Below are positions 29,177-38,596 of a DNA stretch of 64,000 nucleotides, in pieces. The stretch lies in the NCBI GenBank assembly GCA_033763795.1, contig JANRJV010000011.1:83840-147839 (forward strand). The letters run 5' to 3'. This DNA is from Planctomycetota bacterium. GTDB lineage: Bacteria > Planctomycetota > Phycisphaerae > Phycisphaerales > UBA1924. The notes beneath the pieces are model-generated. The model worked only from the letters and a program-made list of their open reading frames with translations, searched no databases and was not told the DNA's origin. Every line of letters begins with the position of its first letter. Position 1 is the first letter of the stretch. The position numbers were made by a program, and so were the translations under genes.

Positions 29177-30339
29177 TGCCCACAGTGCGCACGACCATCC
29201 CGTTCCGCTCCCGCGGCTTCACCATCCTCGAGCTGCTGGTTGTCATCTCCATCATCCTCGTCGTCATCGCCTCCATCCTCCCCGCGTTCGGCCGCCTCAT
29301 CGAGAGCCAGAACTACACCTCCGCCATCAACTCCGTCACCGCGACGCTCGGCAGCGCCCGCGCCCTGGCCATCAGCTCGGGCCGGCGCACTGGAGTCGTC
29401 TTCCTGTGGGACGAAGAACGCGAGCGCATGCGCCTCGAAGTCGTCCAGTACAACGCTCCGGGCTCGCTCCATTACTGGGCCACCCGCAGCAGCCAGTACG
29501 CCGACGCCTTCGTGCCCGCCCCGAACATCGTGCCCGTCGAGCTCCCGCCGCGCATCGGAGTCTTCGGCCTCGCCCCCGTCTCCCTACGCCGCCCCGATCT
29601 CGACCCGCAGGCCGCGTCCATCTCCGACCTCAACAATCCCCTCACATCGCAGTGGGAGTGGTACGGCGGCGATGTGATCGACGGCGATGACAACGACCCA
29701 GCCAACGACAGGCTCCTGTGGATTTTCCCCAGGAACGATCCGCGCATCTTCACGCCCCGCCGAGACTCGCGCGACCTGGGAATCGACCCCTGGGCACGCA
29801 TCCTGGGACAGCCTACCGACGGCTCCATCACCGACTCCGAGGCCCAGCTCGCTCTCTGGAACGCCACCACCTTCTTCGTTCAGTTCGACGAGCGCGGCAC
29901 CGCCGTCGCCGTTGCCCGCGACGGACGGGACGTCTCCAACGCCTACCTCGAGTTCCTCAACGAGCCGCGCGACCGCTCCGACCCGGATTCGCTCCCCTAC
30001 GACAGCCCCTACACCTTCGACCCCTGGGGCAACGGCCCTGGCGTGCAGCAATCAGCCGTCGCCCAGGACCGCCGCGAGCGCAACCCCGAGGTGATGCTGC
30101 GCTCCGCCGATCAGTTCGCCGTCGTGGACTTGGGCCGCATGGTCGACGCCGTCGGCTCCGCCCGCGCCTGGCTCGTCCGCCCCGAATCGTCGCGGGCCCC
30201 GCAGCCCCTCTGGCTCGCCGACGCCGGGCTCTTCGACGACGAGCTGGCCCGCGAGGTCAGCCGCTGGATCGACCTCAACGCCGAGATCATCACCTTCAAC
30301 CGCTTCAGCGGGAACGTCATTCGGAGGTCCCCGCAATGA
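29176..30339 (+). CDS. Prepilin-type protein 3, GspH/FimT/FimU-like minor pseudopilin (387 aa)
   Basis: The ATG overlaps the upstream stop (TGATG). SRGFTILELLVVISIILVVIASILPAF is followed by ..SARALAISSGRRTGVVF, as in the GspH/FimT family. Confidence 0.65.
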   Translation: MPTVRTTIPFRSRGFTILELLVVISIILVVIASILPAFGRLIESQNYTSAINSVTATLGSARALAISSGRRTGVVFLWDEERERMRLEVVQYNAPGSLHYWATRSSQYADAFVPAPNIVPVELPPRIGVFGLAPVSLRRPDLDPQAASISDLNNPLTSQWEWYGGDVIDGDDNDPANDRLLWIFPRNDPRIFTPRRDSRDLGIDPWARILGQPTDGSITDSEAQLALWNATTFFVQFDERGTAVAVARDGRDVSNAYLEFLNEPRDRSDPDSLPYDSPYTFDPWGNGPGVQQSAVAQDRRERNPEVMLRSADQFAVVDLGRMVDAVGSARAWLVRPESSRAPQPLWLADAGLFDDELAREVSRWIDLNAEIITFNRFSGNVIRRSPQ

Positions 30340-31916
30340 GACCGACGCCGCCCCCCGCCGCCCCGGCACCCCGCCGCCGCGGCTTCACGCTCATCGAAGT
30401 GCTTCTCGCCACGTTCATCATCGCGCTGGGCGTGCTGGGCCTGCTGGCGCTCTTCGCCGGCGCCGCGCGCCAGCAGCAGGCCTCCAACCAGGGAACCCTC
30501 GCGCTCTTCTCGACCTCCAGCGCCGAGACACGCCTCGTCGAAGCCTTCGGAACTCTCAGCGGCGCCGGCGCAGACCCCTGCCAGCCCGCCCTGCTCAACT
30601 TCACTCCCGATCGCTGGGTCCGCCTCTTCGCCGACACACGCCGCGGCGTGCTGCTCGCCCCCACCAGCGACGAACGCGAAGCCAACCAGACCTACTTCCT
30701 CGCCCAGCCCAGCGTCTCGCTCCCCCGCGTCATCTACACCGCGCCCCCGCCACCCGCGAACGAATCCGGCACCGATCCCGTCGACGAGGGCTTCCTCGCC
30801 GGGCAGCGCGACGGCGCCTTCGCCGAAGCTACCGGCGGCTCCGACGTCCTCGACCTGGGACAGATCCCCATCGAGCCCGGCTCGCTCGCCATCGAGGTCG
30901 CGACCTCCTTCACCGTCGATTCGGGCGGCGGCGTCTGGACACGCGTCGCCGGGCCCACCTACCAGTTCAGCCGCATCCCCGACCCGCTCAACCAGGGCTC
31001 GCGCAGCTGCTACCCCAGCGACCAGGGCAACCTCGGCCGATTCGTCTTCACGCTCAACGGCAACGTCAACCAGGACCCCGGCACGCTGCCCCCCGGCGCA
31101 CTCGTCACCGACGAGTGCGAGCGCAACTGGATCATCGTCGACTGCGCCACCGACGGCGGCACCGCCGAGATCTTCGAGATGCACATCGGCGCCATCCGCG
31201 ACGCCGTCCCCGAAGTCAACTGCCCGAACGCCACGGAGTCGGGCTTCCCCTCCGCGCGCGTCGAGTCGATCACCATCGTCAACTACCGCGAGCGCCGCAG
31301 CAACATCGTCTCCGTCGCCGACCGCACACTCTCCCGCCTCGACGAGACCGCCCCCGGCGGCCGCCGACCCGACCAGGCCTACTCCGTCCTCTATCGCCGA
31401 GGGGTCACCGCCTCGCAGGCCATGGTCGTCACCTACCAGCTCACGCCCGCCTCCTCCGCCGCCGTCTACACGCCGCCCGAGCGCCCCTCGGACCTCTCCA
31501 GCAACCGCGGCCCCATCCGCCGCGTCTCGCTCGAGCTCCGCCAGAACCCCGACACCGAGGAATACTTCGTCCGCACCGACAGCAACGAAGACCAGTGGGC
31601 CCTCGAACCCGGTCAGATCCTCGTCGCCGAGTACGCCACCCTCCCGCTGGGCGGCGGCAACGCCGGCTCCGACACGCCCGTCCGAGTCCTCCGCAAGGTG
31701 CGCGAGGTCAACAGCGGCGGCGACGCCACCGGATGGATCGGCATCCTCGACCGCGCCCCCCGCGCCCGCAACCAGAACCTCAAGCCACGCTCCGTCGCCT
31801 CCGTCCGCCTCGACTTCTTCGCCGTCGCCGACGCCGTCGAGAGTCTCGAGGACGGCTCGCTCTGGAAGCTCACGCCGATCGACGCACGGATCGTGCAGGT
31901 CTCGTCCCGCCAGTAA
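30336..31916 (+). CDS. Prepilin-type protein 4, PilV/GspI-like minor pseudopilin (526 aa)
   Basis: ATGA start/stop overlap. RRGFTLIEVLLATFIIALGVLGLLALF is PilV-like. The C-terminal body is far larger than a usual PilV/GspI. Confidence 0.65.
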   Translation: MRPTPPPAAPAPRRRGFTLIEVLLATFIIALGVLGLLALFAGAARQQQASNQGTLALFSTSSAETRLVEAFGTLSGAGADPCQPALLNFTPDRWVRLFADTRRGVLLAPTSDEREANQTYFLAQPSVSLPRVIYTAPPPPANESGTDPVDEGFLAGQRDGAFAEATGGSDVLDLGQIPIEPGSLAIEVATSFTVDSGGGVWTRVAGPTYQFSRIPDPLNQGSRSCYPSDQGNLGRFVFTLNGNVNQDPGTLPPGALVTDECERNWIIVDCATDGGTAEIFEMHIGAIRDAVPEVNCPNATESGFPSARVESITIVNYRERRSNIVSVADRTLSRLDETAPGGRRPDQAYSVLYRRGVTASQAMVVTYQLTPASSAAVYTPPERPSDLSSNRGPIRRVSLELRQNPDTEEYFVRTDSNEDQWALEPGQILVAEYATLPLGGGNAGSDTPVRVLRKVREVNSGGDATGWIGILDRAPRARNQNLKPRSVASVRLDFFAVADAVESLEDGSLWKLTPIDARIVQVSSRQ

Positions 31917-31926
31917 GGAACGCTCG

Positions 31927-33945
31927 ATGACAGGAGCAGCGAACATCTCGACCCCGCGCGCGGCCCGCCGCCCCGGATTCACCATCGCCGAGCTCATCGT
32001 CGCCGTCGCCGCCGTCGCGCTCCTCACCGTCGGCATCGGGCAGCTCTTCTCCAGCGTCGGCCGGCTCGTCGGCTCCGGCGCCGCCCTCGCCGAGACCGAT
32101 CAGTTCGCCCGCGCCGTCGCCACCCAGCTCCGAGACGACTTCGAATCGCTCGCCAGCATGCGCGGCGACGAGACCTTCGTCGCCATCCGCAATCGCGTGA
32201 TGGGAGACGCCAACGGAAACGGCGCCCTCGACGCCGGCGAACGCGCCGTCTATCTCACCGCCGACGACCGCCAGGCCGACGCCCGCGACGAGATCCTCCC
32301 CTACACCGCCGGGTCCCGCGCCATCACCGTCCGCCTCGACGAGATCATGTTCCTGGGCTTCGCCGGCAGCGGGGGCATCTACTCCTCCGCTCAGTTCCCC
32401 GCCGCCTTCACCGACCGCCCCACACCCTCCACGGAAGTCGCACGCATCTACTACGGCCACGGCCTCCGCCCCGCCCCCGACAACTTCGACCCCGACAACC
32501 CGCCCGCCAACTCCAACGTCCCCGTCCGCAGGTGGGTCCCTGACGGAGACTTCGGCCAGCGCCCGGGTGAAGCAAACTTCTTCGACCCCACGTCGCAGGT
32601 CAACGCCGGCCGCGTCGTCGGACTCAACGAGTACGCCGCCGACTGGCCCCTCATGCGTCACGCAATGCTGCTCTACGGCGGGCTCGCCGCCGGCTACGCC
32701 CCGGGCCCGAACCGCGCCTCGCAGGCCGGCGCCCCCTTCGACGAATCGCTCGTCTACGCCCCGTACATCCGCGACTTCGAAGCGCTGCCCGCCGCCCGCG
32801 GCCCCTTCTGGGGCTTCACCGACGCCAACATCACCTTCGGCCCGCTCCCGCGCGTGAACGCCTACAACGGTCCCCCGTACGCCCGGCTCGTCCGCCACGG
32901 ACGCGTCGACCTCTGCGCGCAGTCGCCCGAAGACGTCCGCCGCTGGCTCGAAGGCCTCGATCCCGCGACTGTCCCGCCCGCGGAGTGGGGCGACGCCTCC
33001 GCCTTCGGCACGGGCCGCTTCGATGACGCCGCCAGCGCCGGCACGCCCCGCTGGGAAGTCACCGACGGCTTCCCCTCCACCAAGGTCGACGCACCGCTCT
33101 GGCGCCGCGCCGACCCGACCGTGGGCGACGACACAGACCAGGCCGAGAACATGCGCCGCCTCCGCTCCGCCATCGCCGGATGCTTCACGCGCCTCCAGAC
33201 CGAGACCGCGCCCAGGCTCTTCGACCGTAACGATGTCGTCTTCGACTCCGCCGGAACACCCGCCAACCTCTCGAGCGTCGACCCCCCGACCTCCGCGCTC
33301 ATGGACTCCGCCTTCACCATCGGCTCCCGCGTCACCAGCTTCGAGATCGCCTGGTCCGACGGCAAGACCTGGCTCAGCAGCACCCCGCTCGACCGCAACA
33401 ACGACGGCGACACAAACGACGCCGACGACCTCCGCGAAGACGACCTCATCTGGTACGACATCGACTTCGCACGCTTCGCCTCGCCCACCAACCCCGACCT
33501 CACCGACTTCGGCGCGGGCAACCTCTACGGCACCGCCTCCGACGACGCGGACACCGATCCGGAAACCACCCGCGGCCAGCGCAACAACACCCTCTACACA
33601 CCATCGAACGCCGCCCCGGGGGTCCCCGTCTACGACCCGCGCGAGACCTTCGGCCAGGTCGACAGCCCCGCCGCCGACGGCGCGGGCGACTTCGAGTATC
33701 TCGCCGTCTTCCCCTTCCGCACGCCCGACTCCAGCAGCGGGTACTCCCTGGGCATCTACCAGAAGCCCACGCGCATCCGCGTACGAATGACCGTGCTCGA
33801 CGCGCAGTCGCGCCTCGGCACGCGCAGCGGCCGCGAAGCCGCCCAGGGAGAGCCCGGCGGCGGATCGCAATCCATCAGGGACGCCCAGGCAAGGCAGCAG
33901 AAGGGACGTCAGTACGAGTTCCAGTTCTCCATCAGCCCCAATTGA
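31927..33945 (+). CDS. Prepilin-type protein 5, PilW/GspJ-like minor pseudopilin (672 aa)
   Basis: RPGFTIAELIVAVAAVALLTVGIGQLFSSV has E+5. Its large size and its position before the GspK-like gene fit PilW/GspJ. Confidence 0.65.
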   Translation: MTGAANISTPRAARRPGFTIAELIVAVAAVALLTVGIGQLFSSVGRLVGSGAALAETDQFARAVATQLRDDFESLASMRGDETFVAIRNRVMGDANGNGALDAGERAVYLTADDRQADARDEILPYTAGSRAITVRLDEIMFLGFAGSGGIYSSAQFPAAFTDRPTPSTEVARIYYGHGLRPAPDNFDPDNPPANSNVPVRRWVPDGDFGQRPGEANFFDPTSQVNAGRVVGLNEYAADWPLMRHAMLLYGGLAAGYAPGPNRASQAGAPFDESLVYAPYIRDFEALPAARGPFWGFTDANITFGPLPRVNAYNGPPYARLVRHGRVDLCAQSPEDVRRWLEGLDPATVPPAEWGDASAFGTGRFDDAASAGTPRWEVTDGFPSTKVDAPLWRRADPTVGDDTDQAENMRRLRSAIAGCFTRLQTETAPRLFDRNDVVFDSAGTPANLSSVDPPTSALMDSAFTIGSRVTSFEIAWSDGKTWLSSTPLDRNNDGDTNDADDLREDDLIWYDIDFARFASPTNPDLTDFGAGNLYGTASDDADTDPETTRGQRNNTLYTPSNAAPGVPVYDPRETFGQVDSPAADGAGDFEYLAVFPFRTPDSSSGYSLGIYQKPTRIRVRMTVLDAQSRLGTRSGREAAQGEPGGGSQSIRDAQARQQKGRQYEFQFSISPN

Positions 33946-33955
33946 CAGCGGGCAA

Positions 33956-36900
33956 GTGATGCGCGGCGGGGGCGATCCCAGCCACACCGCGCAAGCGAGG
34001 TCATCCATGCGTCCACTCAACAGACTGCGTCGACTGGCGGGGGGCATGCGGCTGTCGCGCCGCGGCTCGGTGCTGCTCCTCGCGCTGGGAGTGCTGGGCA
34101 TCCTCGCCATCGCCGCGCTCTCATATGTCACCACCGTCCGCCTCGACCGCCAGAGCGCCGCCGCCTCGAGCCGCCGATCCAGCTATCAGGTCCAGGTCGA
34201 CGCCGTCGTCACCCACATGCAGGACCTGCTCGCCGCCGACCTCTTCGGCAACAAGATCGTCACGCGCGACATCCCGCCCACCCAGTGGCCCGCCATGTTC
34301 GAGGACGCCGAGTGGACCGACGTTCCCGCCGTCGATCCCAACACCTTCGCCGTGCCCGAACTGGGCCCCCAGCCCCGCGGCGCGGAGCTGGGAGTGCAGC
34401 GCCCCTCCGCCGGCCTCCCGACCATCGCCCATCCCGACGACGCCTGGCTCGCCGCTACCGAGCCCCACTGGGAACGCTCCAGCCTCAACTCCACCCGCTA
34501 CTGGCCCCAGATCACCAACCTGCGCAGCGGCTACCGCTATGACGCCCGCGGAACGACGGACCCCTCGGACGACCGATGGGTCCGCGGCGACGGCCGTTTC
34601 GCCGACCTCGGATCGTGGTTCCTCGCCGCAACGCCCGACGGCTACGCAAACCCCTCCATCAGCCTCCTCGATTGGGACGAGCCCGCCGTGCGCCAGCTCG
34701 GCCCGCAGAGCGGCTCCTACGTCATCGATCGCACACGCGTCGACGTCTACGACAAGCAGATGGGCGAGCTCGCCACCTCGACCGCCTACCCCACACCCGG
34801 CGGACCTCCCTCCCCCAGCGACGAGCGACAGTGGGCCGACACCGACGGCGATCTCCGCCCCGACGCCCGCTGGACCGAGCTCGATTCGCTCGGCAATCTC
34901 TTCGGCCTCAACTGGGTCGTCGCCGCCCGCATCATCGACGCCTCCGCCCTCATCAACGTCAACAGCGCCGTCGACGGCGGCTACCTGGGACTCCCCTTCG
35001 GCCCCGGAGTCGTCGACCTCGCGAAGTTCGCCGCCGGGGATTCGCCCGCCGACATAGATCTGGCGCGCCTCCTCAACCGCCCCTCAAGCGTCGCCACTCC
35101 GTATCTGAAGGAAGTCAGCGTCGAGCGCCTCTTCGCCTCCGACATCTCCTACCGCAACCACGTCCTCGATGATCTCCAGGCCGGGCTCATCATCTCCGAC
35201 ATGATCGCCCTCAACCCGCTCTACTACTCGGGCCTCCAGCCCCTCATCGACTGGCGGCCCGGAACCCCCGCCGACCGCCTCCAGCGCCTCGCCTTCTGGG
35301 ACTTGTTCGGCCAGTCGCCCGCGCAGCCCTACACCACACGCCGAGCGGGCTACCCCGTCCGCGATCTCGTCGATCTCGCCGCCTATTGGGGAACCAACAA
35401 CGCCGGAATCGTCTCGAGAATCGAACGCGCCTTCGACGGCTCGGAGTCCACCGGTTTCCTCCCCGGACTCGACGCGGGCGACCCGGCCGCCGACAAGTAC
35501 GGCCCGCTCCGCTCTTCCGAAAACCCCGCCGACATCCGCGTCTACGCCGATCCCGGCGATCCCATCAACCGCCGCATCCCCACCCCCGAGCAGATCCAGC
35601 GCAGCGCGCGACGCTTCATCACGCCCGTCAGCGGCACCGGCATGCTGGGCCCCGTCCCCGCTCTCAACCGCTCGCAAGCCGGCGGCCGCTATGCCATCGA
35701 GAAGCCCCCGCTCACCACCGAACTCCGCCTCCCCTCCGTCACCGCCGACACCTTCGCCAGCCTCGTGTGGGCCCTCGCACCGCTCGCCGCCAATCAGCCC
35801 CTCTCCTGGAGCCTCGAGGAGAACAGCTCCTTCGGACTCGCCGACCTCAACTATCACTACGGCGGCGGCGCCGACGGACCCGCTCAGACCTTCTTCCCGG
35901 GCGGAAACGCCGACTTCGCCGTCATGACCGCCGCCGCACTCACCGTCAACCTCATCGACTCCGCCGACAACGACAACACTCCCACCGTCATCGGCTTCGT
36001 CAGAAACACCGTCCCGCCCACCCCCATACCCCCCGTCGTGCAGGGAGGCCGCGTGCTCACCACCGCCCTCCCCCAGGGAGACATCGCCCCCGCCATGGGC
36101 GCGGAATTCTCGACCTCCGATCCGCACCTGTTCGTGGGCCTCGAACGCCAGCCCTTCCTCCGCGAAGCCTGGACGATGATCGTCTACTCCGACTCGACCA
36201 TCGACGGCGGCAACCAAAGCCGCACCATTGAGGCCCCAAGCGAGATCATCGGCTCCGTCTTCGCCGTCGAGCTCATCAACCCCTGGCCGGACGACATCGA
36301 CGTCTTCGGCTACGAGGTCGTCCTGCCCGCCGACCGCGCCGCGGACATCGACGCCGCCTCGGGCACCTTCATCGCGCGCCTCCCTTCGCACGTCATCCCC
36401 GCCGGCCAGTCCGCCTCCTTCGTCTGGAAGGGTCCCGGCCCGCTGGGCGTCGGCGCCGGCTCCGCCGCATGGAACGACGTCAACGCACGCATCACCGCCG
36501 ATCCCATCCTCAGCGGCGCCGTCCCCATCACCGACATCGACCCCGATTCAAGCATCCCCGACGTCCCGCCTTTCCAGGACCACTGCGAATCGCCCCAGGC
36601 AACCGATGGTTTCCCCGTCCTGCTCGTCCGCCGGGGCTCGGGCAACGCCCCCCTCGTCGTCGACCGGCTCTCGCCGCCCGTCTCGGGCGTCAACGAGTTC
36701 CCCTCCTCCGTCGCCACCAACCCCTTCACCTTCACAGACAACGGCTCGCTGGGCGACGACGGGCTCACGCTCAGCGACGCCTACTACACGACCGCCGGCT
36801 ATGACGTCCTCGACCCACTCGTCATCGCCGCCCGCGGCGCTAACGAGATCACCGGCCGGTACACCGTCGTCTCCAACCTCAGCCGCCCCAGCGCTCCGGC

Positions 36901-38299
36901 CATCGGCTCGCTCCCCAAGTCGCTCATCGAGCGCGCCGAGACCAACGTCGTCGACGTCAGCTACCGCGCCCAGGCCTGGCTCACCGACACCGTCAACATC
37001 CCGCCGGGAGGCGCCCTGGACATAACCTCCGCGGGCGATGTCGTCGTCGGACCCTTCCCAAGCCGCATCCCGGGCATCAGCGTCTCCCGCTTCGGGACGT
37101 CCACCAAGATCGCCGACGAATCCGCCGCCGCCGTCTATCCGAAGTTCGAGTTCGTCGTCGCGGGCGGCTCGCTCGACAGCCCCGCCGACGTCCTCCAGAC
37201 CGCCGCCTACGCCCACACGAACCGCAACAACCAGCCCAACGATCTCTCCAGTTGGACCACCATGGGCGAATGGCTGGGCCGGTCGCTCGCGTACAACTTC
37301 ACGCTGGCGCCCTCCTCGAACCCGCCGGACCAGAACCCCTACCTGGGCGTTCTCGATCCCTCGCGCTACATCATCAACGTGATGGGCGCCCCGCAGGTCG
37401 AGATCCCCGACACGATGGCCATGCCGCTGGCTCTCCGCGTGCCCGAATGCTTCGAAGACGCCCGCGCCCTGGGTCCGCTCGTCCAGGGACGCATCAACAT
37501 CAACACCGCTCCCCGCGAGGTCCTCGAGACCCTCCCGCTCATGTCGCCGCCTCAGGCGATCGGCTCGGGCTCGGTCGTGGGCGGCGTCGTGCAGGGCTCG
37601 CTCAGCCAGGACAACAGCTCCGCCAGCCCGCCCCAGTCGCGCGTCGGCATCGTCGAGACCTACCGCGACCCCAGCGACCGCGGCCACGGCGGCGCCTACG
37701 CCAACATGAACACAGTGGGACTCAACGCCCTCCCGCTGGGTCTCCGCGCTCCGCGCCCGGGCCGCCTCGCCGACGAGCCCGCCGAGACCGGCTTCGCCAC
37801 CGTCGCCGAGCTCGCCGCACTGGGCAACTGGGGCGCCCCCGGACAACCCGCCCCGGCCCAGACCGGAACCTTCCTCGAACTCGGCGCCGACGCCCTCGGC
37901 GCCGACACCGCGCCCTTCGTCCTCACGCGCAACACACCGCTCGTCCACGCCTCCGCCGCCGACAACTTCAGCGCCGTCGACGGCGCCGAGGAACGCGCCG
38001 CCCTCTACCGCGCCGTCTCGAACATCGCCTCCGTCCGCAGCGACGTCTTCATCGCATGGTTCATCATCCGCGGCTACGACCCCCAGGCCATCGAGCGCAT
38101 CACCATCTCCCCCAGCCCCGCCGACGCCGTCGTCAATAACACCATGGACGACCCCAACAACGCCCTCGCCCCCGCCTACGAATCACGATGGCTCGTCGTC
38201 TTCGACCGCTCGCAGACGCAGTCGGGCGCACCCCTCTCCTCGCCCACCGACCGCCCCCGCATCCTCATGAAGGTCGAGCTTCCCGCCGTCGGCCGCTGA
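33956..38299 (+). CDS. Giant GspK/PilX-like protein (1447 aa)
   Basis: N-terminus RRGSVLLLALGVLGILAIAALSYV is GspK-style: a hydrophobic helix without E+5. Near the C-terminus GRININTAPREVLETLPLMSP matches the GspK helix-hairpin-helix motif (nt ~37486-37550). The true start may be an internal Met (MRPLN or MRLSRRG). Confidence 0.7.
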   Translation: MMRGGGDPSHTAQARSSMRPLNRLRRLAGGMRLSRRGSVLLLALGVLGILAIAALSYVTTVRLDRQSAAASSRRSSYQVQVDAVVTHMQDLLAADLFGNKIVTRDIPPTQWPAMFEDAEWTDVPAVDPNTFAVPELGPQPRGAELGVQRPSAGLPTIAHPDDAWLAATEPHWERSSLNSTRYWPQITNLRSGYRYDARGTTDPSDDRWVRGDGRFADLGSWFLAATPDGYANPSISLLDWDEPAVRQLGPQSGSYVIDRTRVDVYDKQMGELATSTAYPTPGGPPSPSDERQWADTDGDLRPDARWTELDSLGNLFGLNWVVAARIIDASALINVNSAVDGGYLGLPFGPGVVDLAKFAAGDSPADIDLARLLNRPSSVATPYLKEVSVERLFASDISYRNHVLDDLQAGLIISDMIALNPLYYSGLQPLIDWRPGTPADRLQRLAFWDLFGQSPAQPYTTRRAGYPVRDLVDLAAYWGTNNAGIVSRIERAFDGSESTGFLPGLDAGDPAADKYGPLRSSENPADIRVYADPGDPINRRIPTPEQIQRSARRFITPVSGTGMLGPVPALNRSQAGGRYAIEKPPLTTELRLPSVTADTFASLVWALAPLAANQPLSWSLEENSSFGLADLNYHYGGGADGPAQTFFPGGNADFAVMTAAALTVNLIDSADNDNTPTVIGFVRNTVPPTPIPPVVQGGRVLTTALPQGDIAPAMGAEFSTSDPHLFVGLERQPFLREAWTMIVYSDSTIDGGNQSRTIEAPSEIIGSVFAVELINPWPDDIDVFGYEVVLPADRAADIDAASGTFIARLPSHVIPAGQSASFVWKGPGPLGVGAGSAAWNDVNARITADPILSGAVPITDIDPDSSIPDVPPFQDHCESPQATDGFPVLLVRRGSGNAPLVVDRLSPPVSGVNEFPSSVATNPFTFTDNGSLGDDGLTLSDAYYTTAGYDVLDPLVIAARGANEITGRYTVVSNLSRPSAPAIGSLPKSLIERAETNVVDVSYRAQAWLTDTVNIPPGGALDITSAGDVVVGPFPSRIPGISVSRFGTSTKIADESAAAVYPKFEFVVAGGSLDSPADVLQTAAYAHTNRNNQPNDLSSWTTMGEWLGRSLAYNFTLAPSSNPPDQNPYLGVLDPSRYIINVMGAPQVEIPDTMAMPLALRVPECFEDARALGPLVQGRININTAPREVLETLPLMSPPQAIGSGSVVGGVVQGSLSQDNSSASPPQSRVGIVETYRDPSDRGHGGAYANMNTVGLNALPLGLRAPRPGRLADEPAETGFATVAELAALGNWGAPGQPAPAQTGTFLELGADALGADTAPFVLTRNTPLVHASAADNFSAVDGAEERAALYRAVSNIASVRSDVFIAWFIIRGYDPQAIERITISPSPADAVVNNTMDDPNNALAPAYESRWLVVFDRSQTQSGAPLSSPTDRPRILMKVELPAVGR

Positions 38300-38333
38300 A
38301 CCCCGCCGCCGCGCCCGGTCGATACCTCTCCGA

Positions 38334-38585
38334 GTGATCGATCGCCGCGACATCGTGGACATCGAAGGCCTCCGCCGCGACCAGCCCGCGGCCCCGCCCC
38401 CGCCGCAGCACGCCGCCAGCCGCCCGTGGATCGGCATCTGGTTCCGCTGCTGCCACGTCTACGCCCGCATCATGCGCTCCCCCGACGGCTCCGAGTACCG
38501 GGGCCGCTGCCCGCGCTGCGCCAGCGAGGTCCGCGCCGTCGTGGGCCCCGGAGGCACGAACCAGCGCATCTTCGAAGCCTGGTGA
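38334..38585 (+). CDS. Small Cys-rich (putative zinc-ribbon) protein, last gene of the pilus-like operon
   Basis: 83 aa with a GTG start. WIGIWFRCCHVYARIMRSPDGSEYRGRCPRCASEV offers CC-H...CxxC ligands. Third-position GC is high in this frame. No family recognised. Confidence 0.5.
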   Translation: MIDRRDIVDIEGLRRDQPAAPPPPQHAASRPWIGIWFRCCHVYARIMRSPDGSEYRGRCPRCASEVRAVVGPGGTNQRIFEAW

Positions 38586-38596
38586 ACCGCCGCGCC

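Noticed and set aside
30111-34134. Two long minus-strand ORFs (30111..32036 and 31870..34134)
   Set aside because: They are antisense to the pseudopilin genes, which have canonical class III signal peptides. The translations are Gly/Ala/Asp/Val low-complexity sequence without motifs.
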